From positions 806,001 to 870,000 of the forward strand of contig JASANG010001414.1 in the NCBI GenBank assembly GCA_030248215.1: a stretch of DNA of 64,000 bases, in the 5' to 3' direction. Below the pieces are notes generated by a model. The model was not told the origin of the DNA. It did not search any database and saw only the letters and a program-made list of their open reading frames with translations. This DNA comes from Enoplolaimus lenunculus. Taxonomy: Eukaryota. Below are positions 1-11,289 of this stretch, piece by piece (within the stretch, counting starts at the first letter, position 1; the number at the start of each line of letters is the position of its first letter). Both the position numbers and the translations under genes were made by a program.

Positions 1-878
1 TGCAGCAAAATACAGAACGTGCAGTTTTTACAGTAATGCGATCGCATGGCCTTTATTTTAGCTTAAGCGGCTTTTAACAGAAAATGATAAATCATTTTTA
101 TGTTCATTCACGGTACGACCGGTGCGAAATATTACTAAGGGTTGTAAAATTTTTGACATGCGGCGCCGTCCGGCACTGGACGGCTCCGAACAAGTATAGC
201 GCGACCATAGCGCGGACAGTATAATATCACGCAACCTATGCTGCTTTAAATTAGGAGGTCGAACAGCAGTGGTGTATTGCGAAATGTTGGTAGAAAACAA
301 CATAAATTTCAACAAAAACGTTTCACAAAAATGCATATCCAACTGCCGATTCAAGCTTTTGCAGTGTATTGATCCGATGTTAGCCGAACCACCCCGATTT
401 CACAGTAAGGCCTGCCAAAGGACGAAGCCAGGGTGGCATTTCAGGTACAAATCTCCCCCTCCCCCACTTTTTCTTGATTTTGATAACTTGGGTTTTCAGA
501 CACTGTTTCAATTCTTGTATTTCCCTTTTTTCCAAAATTCTGTCCACGTTCTTCACTGCAGCAGTTGTTTTACAATGAAATCGGGTCAAAATATTATGAG
601 TGGACAAAATATCATCGAAGGCAAAATGTGAAGTTCAATTAATGACCTCTCGATCTGCAACTTATATACATTTTAGGTTTAGGATTACACTTATGTTCAG
701 GCTACGGTTAAAGCTTACTATAGGCAAGACCCTACTTACATGGGCCGTACAATTTATTCTTGAGCAACAAAAATTTTCTGGATTAAGAGTATTTCGATGG
801 CTTATTTCATGTTCAATCATGCACTAATTAAACAATTCCTCCAATGTATATATGGAAGTCGTTTAGCCTGTGACTTAC

Positions 879-956
879 CGCAAGATAATATTAGAAAGAT
901 CAAACAGAAAATAAGTGCCGTTATACCTAATACTCGCAACAACGGGATGATTTTCG
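879..956 (-). CDS. Next exon of gene A: second predicted transmembrane helix
   Basis: Acceptor attttcag| and donor CG|GTAAGT, 78 nt. Spliced in phase 1 to the 1769 donor it reads SKIIPLLRVLGITALIFCLIFLILSC. This frame is not in the ORF track. Confidence 0.8.
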
Positions 957-1768
957 CTGAAATATAAAGTTAAAGCTGTTATAAAGTCAAGGTAAAGCTT
1001 GTAGTCTAAATTATAAAAATTGCTAAAAACGATTGTTGGCACAAAACCTCGGAACCGTTTTCTCAGAGTCCAAATATATGTTGGTACCCGCAACTTAACT
1101 TGACTGAAATGTCAGAAAAAAATTTTGTAAATTTTTGTTCGTTATGTGAGTTTGGTTGTGATGCAAAAACGATCTACAGTGTAACTGCAGTGTGCGAGCT
1201 AAACAAAATATATATGGCGTAATCGGTTTTAAAATAATCATTTGGTTCAATAACATCGAAAAGGAAGGATCCATTTATTTTTGAGTCTACAGAATCGTGT
1301 CAAACATACAAAACGTTTTTTGCGCTTTGAAAAATGAGTTTATGTTGATGCTAAAATACCGTTACAAGATATGTACTTTTGCAGTTTAAAGCTTGTTGCC
1401 ATACACCAGCGAAGCGATTCATTTCCGAGTTTCTTCGCTTGCAAAAAAATGTTTTCAAAGGTGCTGGATGAAACGCGAAAAGCCGCCTAATGTTTAGCGG
1501 TTTATCTTTGACACGATTCGCAATGGAATTAGAAATTAAAATGAATTTATTGGTGTTTCACAGGCGTTAATCGCCCTAGCGCTAGCACTAGTGTGTAAAG
1601 CGAATAGTATCAAAAATAAAACGCATTTCAGACACTTTGCGTTTCAAACAGCACTTGTTCAAAACACTTTTTGTAAGTGAAGAAACTCCAGAATGAGGTA
1701 TTCGCGCATCAAACCATAAAAGCTTGTGATGCTTTATCTAGACATATGACGTAATTGTTGCGACTTAC

Positions 1769-2287
1769 ACTTAGTTTTATAGTCAATAAATCCTAACGAT
1801 GTCAACAGTAGGCCAACCGCTAGAAATAGTACAAATCCGCCCAAAAAAAGCAAATGTAAGCATGTCCGGGTGACAAACGGAAGCGAGATTCGCCGGAACT
1901 GTTTTGTGCTACTAATCCTGGATGCAGGTTCTGAGACAAAATGCGACGTGCCGCTTGAGTCAGGACCAAAATGATACGAAGCGTTCTCTTTTACGTCTTG
2001 CAGTAGTTGTTGTTGCTGTTGTTGTTGTTGTTGGTGGTGGTGGTTTCGTTGTTGTTGTTGTTGTTGTTTCTGTTGTTGTTGTTGATGATGATGATGTGGC
2101 AGTTGGTGCTCTTGCTCATGATGCGGCTGTAGAATGAATTGGTCCGAAGCAGTTCGCAAATAGAATGCGTTGACTGGTATACATAACGAGTTTGACCGTA
2201 TTTCTCTGTTTCTATACATCAGGTATTTGCGGAACGAAGCTTCTGATCGCGTTGGTGTTGATGTTTTGCTCTGTTGGATGTTACTGT
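1769..2287 (-). CDS. Internal exon of minus-strand gene A: poly-Gln/His region followed by a first predicted transmembrane helix
   Basis: Minus-strand acceptor tttaaccag| before 2287 and donor AAGT|GTAAGT after 1769. 519 nt open, phase 1 at both ends. Translates as ..SNIQQSKTSTPTRSEASFRKYLMYRNRE..HHHHQQQQQ..HLLFLGGFVLFLAVGLLLTSLGFIDYKTK. Overlaps track ORF 1734-2219. Confidence 0.8.
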
Positions 2288-2678
2288 CTGGTTAAATATT
2301 AATAAGATTTCTCTTATAATATTTACTCTTAGATAGGTATATTCCAGCTTGTAGCCGTATATCCGTTTCGGTTTCCGGTAAAAATCGATGTCCGTTTTTG
2401 TTATAGAAACATAGGAAATTTGGTTACTTTACGAATTATAGTTAATAAGCAACGTGAAATAAAAACTACAAAATTCAGCCGAAACCTGGAAAATTTCGGT
2501 GCATTCGCATTTTTTCCTTAAAAATTTGGGAAGTGTGGCGTATATATAGCTATTTGCACGCCTCAATTCTGTTGTTAGAAAAATAAAACTTTCCACTTCA
2601 ATATCCATTTTCTGTTTCCGTCTCCGGTATTTTGTTTACTATCCGTTTCAGTTTAGAACAGTTTGTCTATAAACGAAT

Positions 2679-2869
2679 GGGCCCATGTAAAGATCAGGGG
2701 CGGAACGTTTTTCTGTAGAACTAGAATAAAATAAGTTTAAGCTTTAGACTAATTGTTTTGCTTGGCTTAGGCTTAGGCTTATGCTTAGGGATAAACTCAT
2801 TTTTACGCTTAGGCTTAGGCATAGGAATAAGCTTGTAATTCGGTTCCGCCCCTGTTCTTTACATTGGCC
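2679..2869. mobile_element. MITE family A (internal TTAGGC repeats), copy 1
   Basis: TIR GGCCCATGTAAAGATCAGGGGCGGAAC / GTTCCGCCCCTGTTCTTTACATTGGCC, flanked by direct repeat AACGAAT (2672-2678 and 2870-2876). Confidence 0.9.
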
Positions 2870-3796
2870 AACGAATTAATAAACTATATAAATCAACATA
2901 ACCAAAAAGTACTTCGTAGAATATATAGCAGTGTATATTATTCTAATTAAAATAAAAATTAATACCGAGGTTATAAAATAGGAAGCAAGTCTGAAGATCA
3001 TTAATTGCAATGCCATTACGTTGTCAATATGCATTTTCATGCATACATCTGTTACACGAACAACAGTTTCGATAAAAGCCTACCTCGTTTTCATTTCAAA
3101 CGAACGAGCAACAAAACTTTTATGCCGCTTTAATAGTCAGTTTTACGATAACAATAAATTCAGTTCCGAGCCAGTCAGCTCAATGCGCTAAAAAGGCATG
3201 CAGGGATATCACTGGCTAATGAAACGGTGCTAAAATTGCTTTAAGGCTCCAAATGGTTCCTGGGGCAACGGAACCTTTTGGCCTGGCCTCTCTGTGGCTT
3301 AAAACTAAAGGTCCGAATGAAACGATATTGAAACCATACGCTAAAAAATGGTGAGTCAAATTGACTCCCTCCGTGAAAAATTTCTGTTATCGTTACCGAC
3401 CTTACTTGCCCTTATTTTTACTTATGTATTCAAAACAATTGTATAATTTTACAGTGCATATTGTTTACGCCAACGAAAAATAATCTCTACGGAAAAGTGA
3501 AGAATGTGAGGAAATGGAATACCATATTGCAAATATCGGCTAAAATTAACTACTTAATGAACCATCGTTTTACTACCTAATTTCGCCTCAGCTCTGGCTG
3601 CGGCAAGTTTTGTTGACCTCCGGTTCTGGCGCCGGCAAGTTTTGTTGACCTCCGGTTCCGGCTCCGGCATTTTTCACCCCCGGTTGGACCCCTGTTTCTG
3701 TTATACTTATTGTTATTCGCGTACACCCTGATATTTAACCTTTGTTGTATAAATTCGTTAAAATCGCGGTCAAACAAACTAAATCTTTACAATTTT

Positions 3797-3995
3797 GGGC
3801 CCATGTAAAGATCAGAAGAGAAACGTTTTTCCATGGACTAAAAAGAGTAAGCTTAAGCTTCAGACTAATTTTTTGCTTGGCTTAGGCTTAGGCTTAGGTT
3901 TATGAATATACTCATTCTTACGCTTTGGCTTAGGCTTAGGCTTTGAAATATGCTTATAATACCTACTGTTCCGCCCCTGTTCTTTTACATTGGCC
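3797..3995. mobile_element. MITE family A, copy 2
   Basis: Same TIRs and TTAGGC-rich core, flanked by direct repeat CAATTTT (3790-3796 and 3996-4002). Confidence 0.9.
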
Positions 3996-5230
3996 CAATT
4001 TTAAAGCATCTCTTGCGGCATTACTTTTTATAAGTCCTTTTTACACGCTATAAATACGACAGTATGTATAATATTTAAATAGATATCTTTGGAATACGAA
4101 CATATTGAGGTTTTTAGGCATACGGAGAACTACAGCATATATTGAAACTAGCGCAATTAAATTCGCTTTTAAAAACAACTTCGAAATTTGATCTAAAACA
4201 AGCATAAGAATACCTAATCTCTATTTCACGTCCTATATCACCATCTGGTTGTTGCCGCTTGTTACTAATGCTGGGTTCATGTTATAATTGCATGGGTCAA
4301 CCAGAAACACGTCTTGTCCTTACAAAATTTGGTAACATATTTTTTTGTCGGCGCAAAAGTTTGTTGCCAAATTCAAAAAATTTGAGTTGTCTGTTATTTT
4401 AATGTGGAGGTAACCAAATTGTCCTGTAGAATAGCACATGCTACTAAAGAGTTTCTCGTATTTTGATATGTATTTAGGAAAACTTTCCAAGGGAAACGGA
4501 ACCGTAGGAGCTATTACAGCGTTCGAAATCATTTATACACTGTTTTATATTCACGTTTAGTGCGCACAAATTACATTGTCCAGCATAATATAATGTTAAG
4601 CAGAATTCTAGAATATACTATGATTTTCGGACAATTATCCTGTGATATCATTTACCGTACGGATACTTGTATATGATGATCCTTGGGTACAGTGGTTTAT
4701 AAGCCAATGTGATATTCACATTTTATCGCCATTTCCGCTGTTTAGATCACAACACTTTATGTTGAAGTCGAACCAGCATTGACAAAACATGTTTCTCGGT
4801 GGCCCAGTTAGTTACATGAACACCGGATAAGAATCAAAGAAACATTTCACGGTAATGGCTTTACTTTATAAAAAGTTCACAATTAACCTAAAATCGTTTT
4901 GATTGAAATATATTCAAGAATGTTTCATATGTCCGAAGCAGTGCTGGCTTGCAATTTTAACTATTTCTTTTTCATTTAGCCTCTATAACAGCGAACAAGA
5001 AAATAGTGAAATGTGCTAAACTGAAGGCCGGCCTCTGGCTGCGGTAGAAGGGCTGCGGTAGAAGATCGACCTCCGAGCTCCGGCTCCAGTAAGATCTCTG
5101 TCAGAGGTTTCGGCGACAACTTCGGTAGTGAATTTTGCATAGTTTTTACAAAGTTTATTTTTGGTGCGTTTTGTTTTCACTTTTGGTACAAGGTCTAGAC
5201 TAATTTTGCCTGGCTTTAGGCTTAAGCTTA

Positions 5231-6724
5231 CACTGCAAAAAATACTGAGTCAAAATTAGACTCAACAAAAGAGTCAACCGGACTGAGTCAGCATTTGGAC
5301 TCTGTAGGAGTCAAAAATTTTGTTTCTGGACGGTGAGTCAAAATTTTGACTCATGCCATGAAACAAAACAAGGAGTCAAAACTAAGGAGTCAAATATAAA
5401 TAAAAAATTTCTGCAAAGTGAGTATTTAAATCCAATTGCATACTTTTCCCTGATGTGCCTAAACGAAATTGAAGTATGGTCGGTTGTAATTTGTTACGGC
5501 CTTGATTAATAATATACATACATAGCAAGTGTGCCAACGTATAGCAAGTGTACCAGTGTATACATGACGAATTGTTCAAAACTCTTTACGTATTCAACGT
5601 CGCTTACCAGCCGCAGTTACAAAATTTTTTTGAGTTCATTCAAACGGCTATTTTTAAGATTCACCAGCCGAAAGAATCACCACATGTCCGCATGATGCGA
5701 ATCAAGCTTGGCATATGAATTGCTGTTAGATTTTCTTAGCCTCATGTCGTGGTGCAGATAAAGCCAAGTTTTAACAGCGTTATGGAATTAGCAAATTTTA
5801 ATAATTATGTAGTTGGAACATTATTTTCTTTGCCAATTGCTATGTTTTATTGTGTCACAATTTAAAGGCTGTCATTTGCCTAAAACGAAGATAATGTCTG
5901 GCGTTATATTTTGTTTCAGAAGTTTATTCTATTATCAGACATGAGGTAAACATCGAACCCGTAAAATTAAGTGCAACAGTTTAAGGATTGTGATTTGCCT
6001 GAACCGTTGGTAAACGAGCCGCTCTGTATTTTGTTTCAATATAAAATTAGCAAGCAACATAGCTTTTTAGTATTCCTAGCAATGTGTCATGTTGTTGGCC
6101 CATGTAAAGATCAGGATCGGAACGTTTTTCTGTGGGACTGCAATAGAGTAAGTTTAGGCTTTAGATTAATTTGCTTGGTTTAGGCTTAGGCTTACGCATA
6201 GGACTATGCTCATTCTTACGCTTAGGCTTAGGTTTTGGAATATGCTTATAATATTGTTCCGCTCCACTTCTTTACATTGGCCCATGTTCTTGGTCATGTT
6301 CTTTATAACAGTTTGCTGCGATTAATAAAACACCGGTGATGAGCACATATTTTGTCTCCTAATGAATATTCAGGCACTCTACAAAAATTAGTGAAACGTC
6401 TGAATGCATAATTTACCCGACAAAACCGATGTGTTATACCTTCAGAGCAAACAAGTTTGGTCTAAAGCACTGTTTTGACGAAGAAAAACGATTGTAGTTT
6501 GACTCCAAAAATCGACTCAGAAAACTCGTTTTCGTTTTTGACTCCGTTATACTGACTCCCTGAGTCAAAATTTGACACGATTGTGAGTCACAACCTGACT
6601 CACGAAGTTTGACTCAGACGACTGAGTCATTTTGACTCCCTCTGAAATAGGCTCTACGGGACTACACAACTGATTCAAATTTGACTCTGTCCGAGTCAAA
6701 TTTAACTCACCGTTTTTTGCAGTG
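5231..6724. mobile_element. Non-autonomous CACTA/EnSpm-type (CMC) DNA transposon, 1494 bp
   Basis: Ends CACTGCAAAAAA / TTTTTTGCAGTG with a 2-bp TA duplication (5229-5230 and 6725-6726). Dense subterminal GAGTCAAA/TTTGACTC repeats at both ends. No transposase ORF. Confidence 0.8.
6097..6282. mobile_element. MITE family A, copy 3 (nested in the CACTG element)
   Basis: Same TIRs and core. Flanks CATGTTGTT / CATGTTCTT (8 of 9 identical). Confidence 0.9.
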
Positions 6725-9049
6725 TAGGTTTGGCTTAGGAATATGCTGAATACTGTTCCGCCACTGTTCTTTACGTTGGCCAAAATATGCGTAAAAACCA
6801 AAACATTTAACAACACCTTACAGATTTTGCTAAAATTAAGAAAATACATATATATATACGTATTGTTTCAAAGTAACTTTAGTTCGCCTCACCTCCGGTT
6901 CCGGCAAATTTCGCTGATCCCCGGCTTCGGCTCCTGTATTTTGTATCCTTTGCCTGTCTGGTGCTACTACATTAGATCCTGACAAAACACAACAGGCGTA
7001 TAAAATATAACACTGTTTTACAGTGGATAAAACGCTAGCTCTCACCAACTCATGCAAAGGTCAGTTGCAAAAAATTTCTCGCATTGTGATTTCATTAAAT
7101 TTCAACCAAGACTGTTTTTATTACTATTAAACAGAACTAAAATGAATCAGAAATTTTCGCTTGCGTCGTCATTTTGAAACGAAACAAATAGTGATTTTGT
7201 TTGTTGTTTGTTTAGGTTAAAACCAGGTCACGATTATCGTTTGTGAACCAGCAATACTGCCTATATAATACGTTCACTGGATTGTCTTTTAAATGCGGCA
7301 TCAAATGGCCCATAGGGCAACAGAATGAATGAGAATAAACAACGAACCACAAATTGACCAAACATGGTATGGATCAGTAAAATATATATTAAATTGGCGA
7401 TACCACTAGGCTCATATGGGTAGACCTGAAAATTGTGAAACAGGCTTAAAACAACTGAAACCCGCAACTTATTGTTTGCTGTATATATAAAAAGTATGAG
7501 TGTATTAAACACGGACAGGAATCTATGGTAGGAACAACGGCAACGCGCCTTTAATCAATAGTACATGCGCATATAGATGGTTGAGCAGTCTCAGGCAAAT
7601 TAGTGCTCACCCTGCCAGACATGAGCTTGTTTCGTTATAGTAAATGCGAAATTATTTCCACTGACGGGTGCATGGTGTTTCGTACCAACGTTTCGTCGCA
7701 ATCAGTATAGTCAAACGCAAATTTTTAAGGAAAGGGTCAAATCAAATAAAAAATATAGTTAACAGATCCAAAATTATGACAAATACATTAAAACTATGAT
7801 GGATAAGCTGCCATTCACTGTTTGCAATCACGTAAAATCTACAAAAGTTTAAAGCATCTCAAAGTTAAATTTCAAGTTACTTTTTCTTCAATCCAGTCTC
7901 ATTGTCTCGGTTGCAGATGCATGCTTAAGTCGAAATTTGGTTTGCGCCGATTTTAGACTTTATGGAGCATTCACGTAATACTGTGTAAAAAATTAGAAAA
8001 TTTGTCCGCACACCTTGTTTCAAGGGTTATCGAGACAATGTTGTAAACTAGACCACACAATAACACAGATATTGAAAACAGCTAGTGCATTTTAATACAG
8101 TGTATACTTCACATCCTTTGGCGGGAGTAGGGACTGATTAAAAATATAGGTGAGTACAGTGCAATTAAAACAGGCGTTGGAGATGTCATAAGTTAAGTCT
8201 CAGGACAAGTAACGTAGCAGATGATAAAAATACTATTTTGCTTAACAAGTTTCTTGTAACAGACTAGCTGCAAGACGCAGGTCGGGACTGAAGAGTACAA
8301 ACGAACATTCTTTGTATGCATCAACATAAATGTACCCTGGCTGAGGCCACAATGCCCGATGCATTGGCCTTTTCGATATCTTAATTTGAAAGCCCCTTAG
8401 CACTGAAATTTTTTACAGTAGCGTGCACAATACGTGGCTCCTTTATAAGTTAGACAACGAACCTTTGTTGAAGGGTCAAACGTTCCGATAAATGCAAAAT
8501 TCTGTTCTAGTTATTTATAGCTCGGTGGAAGCCAACAGCTAACCTGGAAATCATTGCATGCTTTACACAAAATCGACTAGTTTGCCACACGAAAATACTT
8601 TGAAAAATTTGGACTTATAAAGTCAAAGGCACAAAGCTTTAAGTCAAGTACCAAACGATCAACTTAAAGCTCGTGCACCTAAACAACCGGGTTTCCCATT
8701 TTCAAAGGGGGAAATCTGTAGCCAGGAATGCAGCACTCAGGTACTTCTGTTCGACGAGCAGGATTTCCTTTCCCTTTTTGGTATAGGAAACTAGGCAGAA
8801 CTGGAAAATTCAAAAGCCTAGGTTTTTGGTTTGGTAGAGTAAAAACTTGAAGAGCAGGTTATTTTTGTAAACGACAATTAGCAGGAAATTTAACCTCCAA
8901 GGTTATCCGTCCAATTGTAGCACAGGAGCTTGCTATGTTCCAAGGTGCAAAACTTTACCCCTTCTCACATTGAGTTGCCGGCCCATGTTACCCTGAGGGG
9001 CGTCCCGTTTATATACCCACGGGAACGCAATATACCAGGAGTGAAACGT

Positions 9050-9945
9050 TTTTGTTGGGTTGGTCGGAACAGCTTCAAACCTGTTTCTTCTGGGTTGGTC
9101 GGGACAGCCGGGACAGCTTCGAGCCCATCTTTTACCTGGGTTGGTCGGGACAGCCGGGACAACTTCAAAACTATGTTTTTGCTGGGTCGGTCGGGACAGC
9201 GGGGACAGCTTCGAGCCTACATTTTTGCTGGGTCGGTCGGGACAACCGGGACAGCTTCGGACCTATATTTTTGCTGGGTTGGTCGGGATAGCGGGGACAG
9301 CTTTGAGCCCATATTTTTGCTGGGTCGGTCGGGACAGCTTCGAACCTATATTTTTGCTGGGTTGGTCGGTATAGCGGGGAAAGCTTTGAGCCTATATTTT
9401 GGCTGGGTTGGTCGGGACAGCTTCGAGCCTATATTATTGCTGGGTCGGTGGGGACAGCTTCGAACCTATATTTTTGCTGGGTTGGTCGGGATAGCGGGGA
9501 CAGCTTTGAGCCTATATTTTTGCTGGGTTGGTCGGGACAGCTCCGAACCTATGTTTTTGCTGGGTCGGTCGCGTCAGCCGGTACAGCATCGAGCCTATGT
9601 TTTTGCTGGGTCGGTCGGGACAGCCGGGCCAGCTTCGAGCCTATATTTTTGCTGGGTCGATCAGGACAGCTTCGAACCTATGTTTTTGCTGGGTCGATCG
9701 GGTCAGCTTGGACCCTATACTTTGGCTGGGTCGGTCGGCACAGTCGGTACAGTTTTCGAGCTAGGTTTTGTTGGGTCGGTCGGGACAACTTCGAACTTAT
9801 GTTTTTGCTGGTTGGGTGTTAACAGCTGGGGCAGCTTCAAGCCCAGGTATTCGCAGAGTTGGTCGGGACAACTTCAATTTTATGTTTTTACTGGGTCAGT
9901 ATATATAGCAGGACAGCGTCGGAGCAAATATGTTTTCTGGGACAG
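9050..9945 (+). repeat. Minisatellite array 1: 37-bp unit, 46 bp when a 9-bp GGGACAGCN block is duplicated; about 20 copies
   Basis: Consensus GGGACAGCTTCGAGCCTATATTTTTGCTGGGTTGGTC repeated head to tail, decaying after about 9800. Confidence 0.95.
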
Positions 9946-10012
9946 AGCTGTTTCGGCAGTCCCATCAAAATATAGTCAGAACTGCTGAACCTGCAAAATA
10001 TAAGCTACCAAC

Positions 10013-10953
10013 CGGGGTGTAACGGGATATCCGTTTTCGTTTCCGTTTTATAGAAACACCGGAAATTCTGTGTATTTTATGCTCAAAAATTAGTTCGAAA
10101 TCACGTGTATGTCTCGCAATTTTTCATTATAGATATATTGCAATTGTTCAAACTGAAATAAAAATGACGAAATTTAAACAATATCTTGAAATTTTAGGCG
10201 TATCCGCTATTTTTTCTTTAAAATTTTAGAAAGCCAACAAATTTGCGATGAAATGATAACACCAATTTAACATGTTTTATTGAGTAACGTTTTACGAACT
10301 GCGGTGACGACTCCGATTTTTTCACCTGCGCTTGGGCACTGCTTACCTTCGCACATTTTGTTCCGGATATCCGGATATGTACACTGCATAGAATGGTGAG
10401 TCAAATTGACTCTCTGAAATAGGCTTTTTCTGACTACACAAACTGATTCAAATTCGACTCCGATAGAGTCACATTCGATTCACTCAGTTGTAACCTTCGC
10501 GTGCGGTATGGCTCAAATTGTTGCATATGCTGAGTTCCTTTAATGCGTGACACTCGGTGAAACCTTTTTGCATTTAAAACAGCCTTTAAACTTCTAAATT
10601 GTATTTACCCATAAAGCTGCATTAAATATATTGTTGATGGCATAAATTTGTGTTTAAACATGTGTTAGCCAATAAAAAGCAAAGGATAGCTAAAGAAATA
10701 CACTCCTAATTGAAAAAATTTATTTCGTCGTAGCAACCTGGACGCCCCTAAAAGTAACATTGGATAAATTTTGTATTAATTTCTATTTCGCATCAAACTA
10801 TAATTGCAACATATCTTTAGAACTGTGCGATGTTCACGTTATTAATAACCAGTTTTCAACATAAAAATAACGAAATTTTTGATATTTCAGTAACAGAAAC
10901 AAAACGGGCACCGATTTTAACTTAAACGAGTACGGATATCTGGTTACACCTTG
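10013..10953. mobile_element. hAT-like MITE(s) filling the spacer between the minisatellite arrays, including a short derivative of the CACTG element at about 10382-10490
   Basis: Ends CGGGGTGTAACGGGATATCCG / CGGATATCTGGTTACACCTTG. 10382-10490 resembles 6630-6720 (CTCTGAAATAGGCT..ACTACACAA..CTGATTCAAATT). No clear TSD. Confidence 0.55.
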
Positions 10954-11289
10954 ATGGCCGCAAGTGAAATTTATTGATTTTTTCTCTATAGACTTCAGAT
11001 TTAACATAATTAAACACTGCATTAAAATCGACCCATTTGATCTCTAGTAGGCTTATACGTAGGCTTAAGCTTATTCTGAGGTTTGCTCTCCATAGGCTTA
11101 TAAGACGTAACCCAGGCTTAATAGTTCATTCTTAGCTTTAGACTAGGAGTTTAGCACGAATATCAGCTTCGAAACTGTAGGGAGAGGCCGAGCAAAATAA
11201 AAATATATGCTTCGAAGCTAGTTTCGGCAGCCGTGGCGAAAACGTAGGCTCAAAACTGTTTCGATCAACCCGTAAACTATAGGCTTGAA

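Noticed and set aside
2760..3945. TTAGGC runs as a true or interstitial telomere
   Set aside because: They are short, degenerate and bounded by MITE TIRs.
4210..4860. Candidate upstream exons of gene A (donor-like sites near 4213 and 4655 on the minus strand)
   Set aside because: The frames needed to join the phase-1 acceptor at 2287 contain stops, and I found no clear acceptor or start codon.
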